From contig CAZYKP010000021.1 in NCBI GenBank assembly GCA_964648025.1, positions 33,472 to 97,471 on the forward strand: DNA of 64,000 nucleotides, in the 5' to 3' direction. The DNA is from an uncultured Pirellulales bacterium. GTDB taxonomy: Bacteria > Planctomycetota > Planctomycetia > Pirellulales > Pb10988. A program made the translations under genes and the position numbers. The notes under the pieces are model-generated. The model did no database searches, was not told the origin of the DNA, and was given only the letters and a program-made list of their open reading frames with translations. Shown piece by piece: positions 1 to 8,731 of this stretch (position 1 is the first letter of the stretch; each line of letters starts with the position of its first letter).

Positions 1-271
1 GGGATCGATCGAAGGCGGTGACAGGATGGAACCAGCAGCCAACAAACGCTGATTTTCCTTCGACGCAGATCCACGACTGCCGATCCGGGTTGTGTGTCTC
101 AGTTGAGGTCACTCTTTGGGAACATGGGTCACCGTGCTCTTGAGCAGCCGCTGCCGAGGGTGGTGACGTTTTTGGTGTGTTTTTGCGGTTGTCGAACGAT
201 TGCACGATGTGTTCGTGAAGTTCGGCGGGTGTTCGCGCATCGTTGGATCTTATTTCTGAAGGTGAGTTCCC

Positions 272-2563
272 GTGTCCCCAGCAACGGACAAATTGCTGCA
301 GATTCTCGAATCCGGTGGCAAATCGGCAGACTTTGCAGTTTCCGGCAGTTTCTCGGTCGTCCTTCCTGGGTTGGATGTGAAGGGAGTGGGACCGGTCGGC
401 TTGCCGGTCAACCCCTCAGTTGCGCGTGAGCTGATCGAACACGCTGACCAAGCCCCTTATGGGCAAGGCGAGCAAACGATCGTCGATACCAAAGTGCGGC
501 GAGTTTGGCAGATCGATCCTCAGGAAATCAAGATCGGCAATCCCGATTGGGATCTGCAAATGGCGGCCCTGGTTGCCACCGTTGCTCATGAGTTGGGGAT
601 TATGAGGGAAGTCACCTATGATTTCTATAAGTTGCTCGTCTACGAGAAAGGCTGTTTCTTCAAGCCGCATCGTGACACTGAGAAACAACAGGGCATGTTT
701 GCCACTTTGGTGGTCTGTCTACCCAGCAAGCACCGGGGTGGCAAGCTAATTGTTCGTCATGATGGGAAATCGCAGCAATTCGATCTGAGTGAGCCCGAGG
801 AACAGTATCGCATCCAGTACGTTGCCTTCTACGCTGATTGCGAACACGAGATTCAGCGTGTCACCAGCGGGTACCGAGTATGCTTGATCTACAACTTATC
901 GTTAATCGACTCGCCTGCTCAGCCAACAGCGCCGCATTACGCGGATGGGGTCAGCCAACTCGTAGATATTCTCCCTGAGGTTCTCCATGACCCCCTATCT
1001 CCGCGTGACAAATTGGTGATTCCGCTTGAGCACCAGTATTCCGAGGCCGGGCTCTGCTTTGCTGGCCTCAAGGGGGCCGACCGAGTGCATGCGGAGATGT
1101 TGACCCAAGCTGCCGGTCAGTTGGACTACGAAGTCTGTTTGGCCCTGGTTGATGGAAGACAGTCGGGAGGCCTGGACGATGCCACTCCAGGCTACGACGG
1201 TTGGGATTACCAGGGCAACGACGAAGATGCGATTATGGATGAGGTGTACGACGAAGAATGGAGCCTGAGTCACTGGTCGGACCAGATCGGAGTTCGGCCG
1301 GACTTGGGCCGGTTGAGCCTCTTTCCCGAGGATCTTCCCTACCCGGAGGGATTTGACGCGTTGCCCATGCAGCAGACGGTTTTTGCATACACTGGCAACG
1401 AAGGTGTTTCCATGAACCGATGGTACCAGCAAGGTGCATTGGTCGTTTGGCAACCGCAGGCACGCTTCTCGATACTCGCCCGGGAAGGCCAGAAAACGGC
1501 CCTGCCGGCCTTGATGGAACTGATCAAGCAGGAGAAACGTCCTGCCAGGTACAGCGTCTGCAAGGAGTTCGCTGCCAAGATCATCGATTTCTGGAGAGGT
1601 GTGAATCAGCGAAGTCGCTGGGCAGAGCGAGGAGGCTCTCGTCAGATGTTGCAATGCCTGACACAACTTGCCGACCTGCCCTTAGGCTCCCGCTTTGTCC
1701 GAGAGGTGTTGGTCCAGGACTGTAGCGGTGGCGAGGGTCCAGCGCTGCGGAAGCTTTGTGTGCGTCTGGGCTGGGAGGCCATGGCTGAGGTGCTTTCCTT
1801 CTTCGTCAACACGCAGGGGCCAGAGAATAAGCAGGCAGAGCCCGTCCACTTGGTTTCGATTTACCAAGGCCTTTGCTCAGCGGCTGGCGAGATGACTGCC
1901 GAGCGTCGACGGGTGTGCACGTCTTTGGCCTCGGATGTGTTGAAGATCCTGCGGCAATGGGACCAACCTTCAGAGAAACTCCCCTATGCGCAGGCGAACA
2001 AACCGCGGGAGGGAGTCGTCGAAGGTTTGTTTCACGCGTTCGCGGGCATCGATCAGCCCACCCTGTTGGAGCAGTTTCTCCGCGATGCGGTCAACGATCC
2101 CAAACGCTACAGTCTCCACGAGGTGTTGATTCCCGCTTCGCTGCGGATCGATCCCAAAAGCGCCCACAACCAGAAACTCAAAGCCTGCGGAAAAACGCTC
2201 ATCAATCACTGCATCGCGCAGCTCGAGGAACGAACCGCTCAACCAGTGAAGTTCCCCTCGGATTGGAGCCGAGAAGCCAACTTGCGGTGCAACTGCGCCG
2301 ATTGCCAAGAACTCGCAGAGTTTCTTCGCGACCCCAGAGAGTGCGTTTACCGGTTCTCCGCCGCGGCCTATCGACGAGGGCATCTCAGCCACCAGATCTT
2401 GATGGGACACCTCGACGTTGATGAGCAGACCGAACGTCGGGGTTCCCCTCACACCCTGGTGCTGACCAAAAACCGGGCTTCTTACCAGCTGGAGAAGACT
2501 CAGTTTGAAAAAAAAGTGCGGTTGTTGAGGGAACTTCGCCGGAAGCTGAAAACACTGCGGTGA
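272..2563 (+). CDS. 2OG-Fe(II) oxygenase domain protein (prolyl-4-hydroxylase-like N-terminal ~220 aa) fused to a ~540-aa uncharacterised region
   Basis: 763-aa ORF with GTG start. HxD...H...R signature: FFKPHRDTE (nt ~659-685) then YADCEHEIQRVTSGYRVCLIYNL. The remainder has no motif I recognise apart from a CNCADC cysteine cluster near the C-terminus. Confidence 0.75.
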   Translation: MSPATDKLLQILESGGKSADFAVSGSFSVVLPGLDVKGVGPVGLPVNPSVARELIEHADQAPYGQGEQTIVDTKVRRVWQIDPQEIKIGNPDWDLQMAALVATVAHELGIMREVTYDFYKLLVYEKGCFFKPHRDTEKQQGMFATLVVCLPSKHRGGKLIVRHDGKSQQFDLSEPEEQYRIQYVAFYADCEHEIQRVTSGYRVCLIYNLSLIDSPAQPTAPHYADGVSQLVDILPEVLHDPLSPRDKLVIPLEHQYSEAGLCFAGLKGADRVHAEMLTQAAGQLDYEVCLALVDGRQSGGLDDATPGYDGWDYQGNDEDAIMDEVYDEEWSLSHWSDQIGVRPDLGRLSLFPEDLPYPEGFDALPMQQTVFAYTGNEGVSMNRWYQQGALVVWQPQARFSILAREGQKTALPALMELIKQEKRPARYSVCKEFAAKIIDFWRGVNQRSRWAERGGSRQMLQCLTQLADLPLGSRFVREVLVQDCSGGEGPALRKLCVRLGWEAMAEVLSFFVNTQGPENKQAEPVHLVSIYQGLCSAAGEMTAERRRVCTSLASDVLKILRQWDQPSEKLPYAQANKPREGVVEGLFHAFAGIDQPTLLEQFLRDAVNDPKRYSLHEVLIPASLRIDPKSAHNQKLKACGKTLINHCIAQLEERTAQPVKFPSDWSREANLRCNCADCQELAEFLRDPRECVYRFSAAAYRRGHLSHQILMGHLDVDEQTERRGSPHTLVLTKNRASYQLEKTQFEKKVRLLRELRRKLKTLR

Positions 2564-2586
2564 TCTCCGAAAAGAAGTCGATTGAT

Positions 2587-2734
2587 GACTGCTGCCTTCG
2601 GAAAAGTCTTGCTCGGCCAAAACACGCCAGCCGCCGGAACGGCCAGTGATCTGGCAGCTGTTGATCTGCCAGCTGTTGATCTGCCAGCCTCTCCGCTGTG
2701 CCGGACGAGACAGGATTTCCCTCAAACTCAGTAG
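2587..2734 (-). repeat. Family A palindromic interspersed element, copy A1
   Basis: Reverse complement aligns by eye with 3531-3705, 4827-4943 and 55934-56051. Begins ~24 nt after the stop of CDS 272-2563. Carries an internal 3 x 15-bp tandem (gatctgccagctgtt, 2648-2692). Confidence 0.85.
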
Positions 2735-2752
2735 CGGATCATCGAGGTGAGT

Positions 2753-2902
2753 CTACTGGCCTTCGGAGAAGTTTTCGACCCAGGGCTTTCCGTCTGCCCT
2801 TGTTTGTGATGACCTCAACGGGGCAGCCTGAGGCACCACAGCAAGCCCGGATTGCCGGACCAAAGGTGCCCGCTTCGTCGAAGACCTTTCAGGGAACCAG
2901 TG
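2753..2902 (+). repeat. Family B palindromic interspersed element, copy B1
   Basis: Aligns by eye over ~150 bp with 11749-11897 and 20466-20615. Termini are ctactg...cagt(a/g). Central hairpin is ctgcccttg...caagggggcag. Confidence 0.85.
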
Positions 2903-3530
2903 ATTATCAATCCCACCCAAAAAGGCAGAAGAACAAGCCAACTGACCCACTCGGCAGATCCTCATCGGCCAAACATAGGGCAGCGAACTGTCTTTCAGGG
3001 CTGGGATCATCCACCGCAGTGAAGCTTCTTGGTGTCTTGGCCAAGAGGCCTCCGAAATCTCCCATCAGGTCATCAAGGACCGCACTGCCGAGTTGCAAGA
3101 AGTGCTTTCTTTTCGGTCAGTCTCTGAGAGTACGGTGAGCTTACAACCCTGGAGAACGATCTGACGCGGACTTCGATGGTGATGGATGTGGCCCTCTGGA
3201 CCAAAGCAACCTGCCCTTCCCTTCTGGCCGACCTCTCCCTTCGGCACATCAAGTCGCTTCGGAGCATTTCGCCTTGTTTGCCGATTTCGTCTTCTCGGCA
3301 ATCTGAGATGCATCAACTCTCGCCTTTGCGAAGGCAGCTGTTTCAGTAAGAACGCTACCGCCATATAAGTAAATCTCGTGCTCAGTGGCTTGTTGATGGA
3401 GGCTCGGCAGACGGTGCGTTGAGAACCGAAATCCACCGGAAGGCTTCACTACGCGGAGACTGAGCGACGGAAACTTCATCTATTCTTCACCACGGACGGC
3501 TTTTGTCGCCGCTCATCGCTAGACATTCTT

Positions 3531-3705
3531 CTACTGAGGTTGAGGAAAATCTTGGCTCCTGCGGTCCAGCGGAACGGCTGGCAGATCAACAGCTGCCAGA
3601 TCAACAGCTGGCAGATCAACAGCTAGATCAACAGCTGGAAGATCACTGGTCGTTACGGCGGCTCGCGTGTTTTGGACGAGCAAGAAACTTACGAACGCAG
3701 CGGTC
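3531..3705 (+). repeat. Family A element, copy A2 (longest)
   Basis: ctactgaggttgaggaaaatcttggctc ... ttttggacgagcaagaaactt. The internal 15-bp unit (ctggcagatcaacag) is present ~4.5 times (3578-3645). Confidence 0.85.
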
Positions 3706-3826
3706 GGGTCTGTCGCTGCGGCAGAAAGGTGCCCCTTGAGGGAAACGTCTCAATAGGATTTACTGGTAGCTTGTTCAGCGGACCAATGCTTTGGTGCACC
3801 ACACGGGGACACTACGGAGCGGAAAC

Positions 3827-4801
3827 ATGCAACGTCGAGGCTTTACGCTGGTCGAACTATTGGTTGTCATTACCATCATCGGCATTCTGATGTCACTGCT
3901 GCTTCCTGCAGTGCAGTCCATCCGCGCGGCGGCGAGGCGAATTCAATGTGCCAACAATCTGGCGAACCTCGGGCTGGCCGTCCACAACTTCCTGGCGACG
4001 AATAAAGAGGTCCTGCCTGCAGGATTGACTCAGGAGAACATCAACGGCACCTACCAGGGGACGACGTTCTTTGTGCATCTCTTGCCGTATATTGAGCAAC
4101 AGAATCTCTACGACCTGTGGGATTTTGAGGACCTCCGCCAGAATGCCGCCACCCCGCAGTCCCCTGCGGCCATACCGTTGCCGCTGCTGCTTTGCCCCTC
4201 CGATCAGTACGACGAGCCGGTCAACCAATTCACCTCCAGTCCCGGCAACTCGGGCTTGAATTTCCCCGGCTACTATGCCATTACCAGCTACGCCGGCAAT
4301 CATGGGACTCGGAACTACTACCCCAACCACGGTCAGGCTGACGGGCTGTTCTTCACCACCGGTTCCGCCTCAGCCCCGGATCGAAACCAAAAGCGGGTCC
4401 GCCTGGCTGCCATTCGCGACGGGACCAGCAACACGATCTTGCTTGGCGAGAAATACAACTACGACCCAATCTTCAACACCATCAGCTCCAATCGACGCAG
4501 TGGGCTGCTGATTCACGAATGGGGTCTGTGGGGTTGGTGCGGGGGCTTCAAGGGCACCGGGCATGTCACCCGCAGCAGTTTCCAGCCCATCAACTCACAG
4601 GTCCCCCAGTCGTGTGAGGGCGAAAGCGGCTCATACGCCTGTCAGGACAACCGCCTGATGGCCTGGGGTAGCGGACACCCAGGCGGTGCTGTGTTCGTCT
4701 TCGCCGACCGCTCCACCCGGTTCATCAACGAAAGCGTGTCTTCCATCACCCTGCAAGCCTGGAGCACACGGGCAGGTAAGGAGGTCGTCAGTGAACAGTA
4801 A
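3827..4801 (+). CDS. DUF1559-type protein with prepilin-type N-terminal cleavage/methylation motif
   Basis: ATG at 3827, in frame within ORF 3791-4801, gives MQRRGFTLVELLVVITIIGILMSLLLPAVQ. C-terminal SGHPGGAVFVFADRSTRFI resembles the H-X9-DG motif typical of this planctomycete family. Confidence 0.9.
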   Translation: MQRRGFTLVELLVVITIIGILMSLLLPAVQSIRAAARRIQCANNLANLGLAVHNFLATNKEVLPAGLTQENINGTYQGTTFFVHLLPYIEQQNLYDLWDFEDLRQNAATPQSPAAIPLPLLLCPSDQYDEPVNQFTSSPGNSGLNFPGYYAITSYAGNHGTRNYYPNHGQADGLFFTTGSASAPDRNQKRVRLAAIRDGTSNTILLGEKYNYDPIFNTISSNRRSGLLIHEWGLWGWCGGFKGTGHVTRSSFQPINSQVPQSCEGESGSYACQDNRLMAWGSGHPGGAVFVFADRSTRFINESVSSITLQAWSTRAGKEVVSEQ

Positions 4802-4814
4802 AACGCTCCCATCG

Positions 4815-5345
4815 ATGGGGACTTGCCTACTGAGGTTGAAGAAATTCTGGACTCGCCCGGCACAGCGGAGAGGCGGCCAAATCACTGGTCGTTCCGGCGT
4901 CTCGCGTGCTCTGGCCGAGCAAGATTTTTCCTCAACAGCAGTCGTTGTCTCACTGCTGGCCCTGCTGGCCGGCTGTGGCGAGACTCCCCCGCAGTTCGGG
5001 GAGGTCGAAGGTGTGCTGTACGTGCGGGGTCAGCCGCAGCCGAACATGACGATCCGTTTTATGCCGGATCCGGCCAAGGGAAATGATGTGGCAGCAAACG
5101 CTAGTGGAACGACAGACGCACAAGGCCGTTATCAGCTCCAAAGCACCTTCAAAGGAAAGGATTTTCAAGGGGCCGCCGTGGGCTGGCATAAGGTGTTAGT
5201 CGAGGATCCCCGATTGTCTGCGTTGCCACAAGGACAGGCTCGGCCACCAGAAATCGTCCCCAGAACTTACGGGAACCCAGCCACCACCAAGCTCAGCAAA
5301 GAGGTCAAGCCGGGCCAGCAGACGATCGACCTGAAAATCGATTGA
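4815..5345 (+). CDS. Small lipoprotein partner of the DUF1559 gene (carboxypeptidase-regulatory-like fold likely); start uncertain
   Basis: Lipobox VVVSLLALLAGCGE, then a beta-rich body (EVEGVLYVRGQP...DAQGRYQL). Every in-frame start upstream of the lipobox (ATG 4815, TTG 4836) lies before or inside repeat A3. Confidence 0.6.
   Translation: MGTCLLRLKKFWTRPAQRRGGQITGRSGVSRALAEQDFSSTAVVVSLLALLAGCGETPPQFGEVEGVLYVRGQPQPNMTIRFMPDPAKGNDVAANASGTTDAQGRYQLQSTFKGKDFQGAAVGWHKVLVEDPRLSALPQGQARPPEIVPRTYGNPATTKLSKEVKPGQQTIDLKID
4827..4943 (+). repeat. Family A element, copy A3 (single internal unit)
   Basis: ctactgaggttgaagaaattctggactcgcccggcacagcgg...ggccgagcaagatttttcctcaacagcagtc. Lies between the DUF1559 stop and the lipobox of the next gene. 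Confidence 0.85.
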
Positions 5346-5519
5346 ACCCCACCCTCCTCAAGAATTCCTTCTCGGTTGATCATCACAGGATTTGCCGACC
5401 AGCCTTTGCCGACAACCCATCGATTCCACGCCGGGCGCCGAGAGATCGGCCGCTCGGCGTCCCCTGCAAGGATTGCCCTTCTCTCGGGGGGCCACTCGAG
5501 GGTCTCTTGATCTTGTTGC

Positions 5520-6785
5520 ATGACTCTCTTGAAACACTTCATCCGTGGGGGAATCATCTGGACCTGGCGACTGATGGTCGTCATCGTCATTTTCTGCAAC
5601 ATCAGGTTGTATTGGCCTTCCCCCTTGGCTCCGAGCAACGACCAGCTACCACCAGGCCTCCTGGCACAGCTCGCAGCCCATCGTTCTGCGCTGGAGAGAG
5701 GGTCAGCCTCACGCATGCAAAAGCTGTTCCCCGAGGGCTATTACTTTAGCTATCTCTTTCATGGTTTGACCTGGGTGGAAGCGGGAATTCGAGACCGAAA
5801 CCAGACGCAGCAGGCCATCGAAGAAGCCCTGTGGTGTTTGTCGAAACTGGATTCGAGGGAAGGACGAGAGCCGTTTCCGCCGGATCTCCCACCCGATCAC
5901 GGGATGTTTTACTCGGCGTGGAAATGTTCACTCCGTGCAGGAGTTGTTCTGCTCCAACAAGGCAACGACCCGGTTCAAGTTCGCCGGTTGCGAGAGGAGT
6001 GTGACGCCATCGCCTTGGCGATTTTGGAGTCGAGAACTCCGTTTCTGGCCTCCTACAGGGGTCAAGCTTGGCCCTGTGACACAGTGCCTGCGATTCATGC
6101 CCTTTCGGTCTACGATCGTATCTCTCAGGAAGACCGCTTCCGGGCTGTGATCGCAGCCTGGCTGGAAGATGCCCGCAGGCGGCTTGATCCGGAAACAGGA
6201 CTTCTGCCGCACACAGCTGATCTTCCCGAGGGACAAGGCATCAGTGTCGCCCGAGCCACCTCGCAGATGATCATGCTACGGTTTCTGCCGGACATTGATG
6301 CGACCTTTGCCAAGGAGCAGTACAGCCAATTTCGCCAGCGTTTTTTAACGGAATTCATGGGCGCGCCGTGTCTTTTGGAATACCCGTCGGGAGTTTCTGG
6401 CCCTGGAGATGTCGACAGCGGTCCCTTGATCTGGGGTCGCAGCCTGTCGTCGACGGTCTTGATGATGGGGATTGCGCAGATTTATGGCGACTCTTCGCTG
6501 GCGGACGCAATCGCGCAGTCAGGAGAGACTGTTGGCTTGCCGTGGACCTTCCGGGGGAAGAAACGGTATCTGGGTGGAATCTTGCCGGTTGGTGATATCA
6601 TCGTCGCCTATGCCCATGTTGCGCGACCATGGTTTTGCGAACATGAGCATCAGCCGGAGAGAGAATATCGGGTTGCCACGTCTTGGCGGTGGAACATCCA
6701 TGCTCTGTCGATGATCGTCCTTCTCCCGGCTCTTGGAACTTTCCTGAGGCCGTTCTTAGGTCGTCCCAGAGCCGATAGGAAATAG
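5520..6785 (+). CDS. Hypothetical membrane-anchored protein
   Basis: 421-aa ORF with ATG start. N-terminal TM (IIWTWRLMVVIVIFCNI) and C-terminal TM (ALSMIVLLPALGTFL). Helix-rich middle with no motif I can name. Confidence 0.7.
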   Translation: MTLLKHFIRGGIIWTWRLMVVIVIFCNIRLYWPSPLAPSNDQLPPGLLAQLAAHRSALERGSASRMQKLFPEGYYFSYLFHGLTWVEAGIRDRNQTQQAIEEALWCLSKLDSREGREPFPPDLPPDHGMFYSAWKCSLRAGVVLLQQGNDPVQVRRLREECDAIALAILESRTPFLASYRGQAWPCDTVPAIHALSVYDRISQEDRFRAVIAAWLEDARRRLDPETGLLPHTADLPEGQGISVARATSQMIMLRFLPDIDATFAKEQYSQFRQRFLTEFMGAPCLLEYPSGVSGPGDVDSGPLIWGRSLSSTVLMMGIAQIYGDSSLADAIAQSGETVGLPWTFRGKKRYLGGILPVGDIIVAYAHVARPWFCEHEHQPEREYRVATSWRWNIHALSMIVLLPALGTFLRPFLGRPRADRK

Positions 6786-6873
6786 GGTAGGCTTCGTCGG
6801 AGGGTACCTGTTCGGACAATCGACTGCCGCCCGGCAGGGAAGTGAGCCAGCCCGGGAAAGAGGCTCGGGTCCG

Positions 6874-7737
6874 TCAACCTTCTTGAGCGATGCCATACCT
6901 CTTGGCGAGGAATTCCACCACCTGAGCGAGCTGAGCGTCGGTCAGCGACCCGTTGTAGATTCCCAGCTCAGCCAGATCCCCCGCAAAGAATAACTCTTTC
7001 CAGGCGTGCCGGCCGATGAGCTTCCGCGAGGTGATTGCTACCGGAGCGAAGGCTCGGCTCTGCGTGCTCAACTTCCCGTTGATCCACAATTGGGCAGTTT
7101 GTTGGCTGTAGCTGTATCGGTAGGCGATCACTGCGAGGTGTTCTGCGCCCAGTGGCTGGGTTGCATCAACACGGCCGGTCTCGACGGGCGTCTCTCCCAC
7201 GAACCCAGGAAATGCCAGGGCGATGACAAGGGTCGCCTGGAACTCTCCCTCACGGAGCGGCTCACCGATTTGAATGACGCCGGGCTGGAGGGTGCCGGCA
7301 AGCTGCCTACTGGGCGGGCCATCGTAGCTGACGATTTGCCCTCCCCATCTCCGTTGGGGATTCAGGCTGGCCTTGGAATAGGACAACACGCGGATGACCG
7401 TCTGATCATCGGTGGTCTCAAGCTGGGTGGTGACCAAGAAGTCGGAGTCGCCGTCGAACCGCACCGCCGGTTGTCCTCCGATGGCGTTTTGCACCAGCAC
7501 AGGCCGAGCGGTCTGCTCGGGCTGCAGGGCGTCTTCTGCCGATTGGTTTTTCTCGGTGAGCCGACCAAACGACAGCGTGCGCGGTTGCGGTAGTAACCCA
7601 GAATACAGAATCGGGCGATCCCCAAAGCCCAACCGGAGAAGATTTTGAGCTGTCGTACTCGCCGAACTTCTCGGCAACAACGCGAGCGACTTCCTGCACA
7701 ATATCTTCAGCGGTGTGGAAGTCGCTTGTGTTTGCAC
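6874..7737 (-). CDS. LamG/concanavalin-like domain protein, probably the C-terminal remnant of an anti-sigma (FecR-type) protein
   Basis: 287-aa ORF with GTG start. Contains QPAVRFDGDSDFLV and ends FAGDLAELGIYNGSLTDAQLAQVVEFLAKRYG, which is typical of LamG jelly-rolls. No signal peptide, TM or FecR part. Confidence 0.6.
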   Translation of the reverse strand: MQTQATSTPLKILCRKSLALLPRSSASTTAQNLLRLGFGDRPILYSGLLPQPRTLSFGRLTEKNQSAEDALQPEQTARPVLVQNAIGGQPAVRFDGDSDFLVTTQLETTDDQTVIRVLSYSKASLNPQRRWGGQIVSYDGPPSRQLAGTLQPGVIQIGEPLREGEFQATLVIALAFPGFVGETPVETGRVDATQPLGAEHLAVIAYRYSYSQQTAQLWINGKLSTQSRAFAPVAITSRKLIGRHAWKELFFAGDLAELGIYNGSLTDAQLAQVVEFLAKRYGIAQEG

Positions 7738-7858
7738 CGACGTAGGCGGCGATGGCCGGTTGCGCCCGTATCCACAGACCGGCTAATGCGGCAAAACGAT
7801 CGCTGGTCAGCGGCTTCCCGGCAGGTTCTCCTTCTTCCCAGGGTGGGTCATGCGACAT
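7649..7858 (-). pseudogene. ECF sigma-70 region-2 fragment (about 70 aa only)
   Basis: ATG at 7858 gives MSHDPPWEEGEPAGKPLTSDRFAALAGLWIRAQPAIAAYVGANTSDFHTAEDIVQEVARVVAEKFGEYDS, after which the reading becomes Arg/Ala-rich nonsense. Regions 3-4 are absent. It overlaps the 5' end of the LamG ORF in another frame. Confidence 0.5.
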
Positions 7859-8241
7859 GGCCATCAGGCTCCAGACTACAAGGTGCAAAGCGGAAGCCTC
7901 GATCATTGTCTGATCTATTGTGGGTTCCGGATGACAAGACCAGAGCACGCTAGGGCGAACCAAGGCGTGGGGGAGACAGGACCGTGTCGAATTGCCACAA
8001 GGGCTTTGCAGTGACCTCTGCGAGTTCAACATTGACAACCTGTGGCCGGGAACACGGTCATCACCCAAGGGGCAGCCGTGATCGCACCTCAGCATGCCGT
8101 CGGCAAGGCACCAGCCCTTGAACTTGGCAGAACGGTCCATCAACCGATCTCCGGCGTATTGATATCAATGTGTCTAAGAGATGAAAGACCGGCGGGCTGA
8201 TCCCTCAAGCCGCCTCGAGGGAGCGTTCCGAGCGTCTGTCC

Positions 8242-8358
8242 GACTGTTGTGGAGGAAAAATCTTGCCGGTCCGAACTGCGGGAACCGCCGGAAGCATCAG
8301 TGATCTGCCAACCTTTGCGTTGTGCGGGACGAACCAGGAGTTTCCTCAACTTCAGTAA
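8242..8358 (-). repeat. Family A element, copy A4 (more diverged)
   Basis: Reverse complement reads cttttactgaagttgaggaaactcctggttcgtcccgcacaacgc...ggcaagatttttcctccacaacagtc. Confidence 0.75.
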
Positions 8359-8491
8359 AAGGTGGGCCAATCGCTGTTTGGAAACACCCAGCGGCAACGG
8401 GCTGGGTGATCAATCCACCGGCATCCCTGATCAAGGAGTTGCACTCTCCCCTGGGCCTTAGTTAAATTGCCAGAACTTTGTTCCATGTCTC

Positions 8492-8731
8492 TTGGTCACT
8501 CTGAAAAGGACACCACCTGTGAACATCAACAAAGCTCTCAAAAAAGAAGATGAAGGTAAGAGCCTCAAAGAGATTCTGAAACTCCCCGTTCTCTCTCTGC
8601 AGGGTATGTCCGAAGACAAAGCTCAGAAGCTCGAAGAAGCACTGGGCCTGAAAACCATCCAAGACTTGGCCGACTGCAAGTTTTTCCACTGGGCCCAGGC
8701 CATCGCCCAATTAGCTGGTACGGAAGAGTAG
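8492..8731 (+). CDS. Small hypothetical protein (helix-hairpin-helix-like); start uncertain
   Basis: 79-aa ORF (TTG 8492 or GTG 8519). Sequence looks protein-like: SLKEILKLPVLSLQGMSEDKAQKLEEALGLKTIQDLADCKFFHWAQAIAQLA. Confidence 0.5.
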   Translation: MVTLKRTPPVNINKALKKEDEGKSLKEILKLPVLSLQGMSEDKAQKLEEALGLKTIQDLADCKFFHWAQAIAQLAGTEE

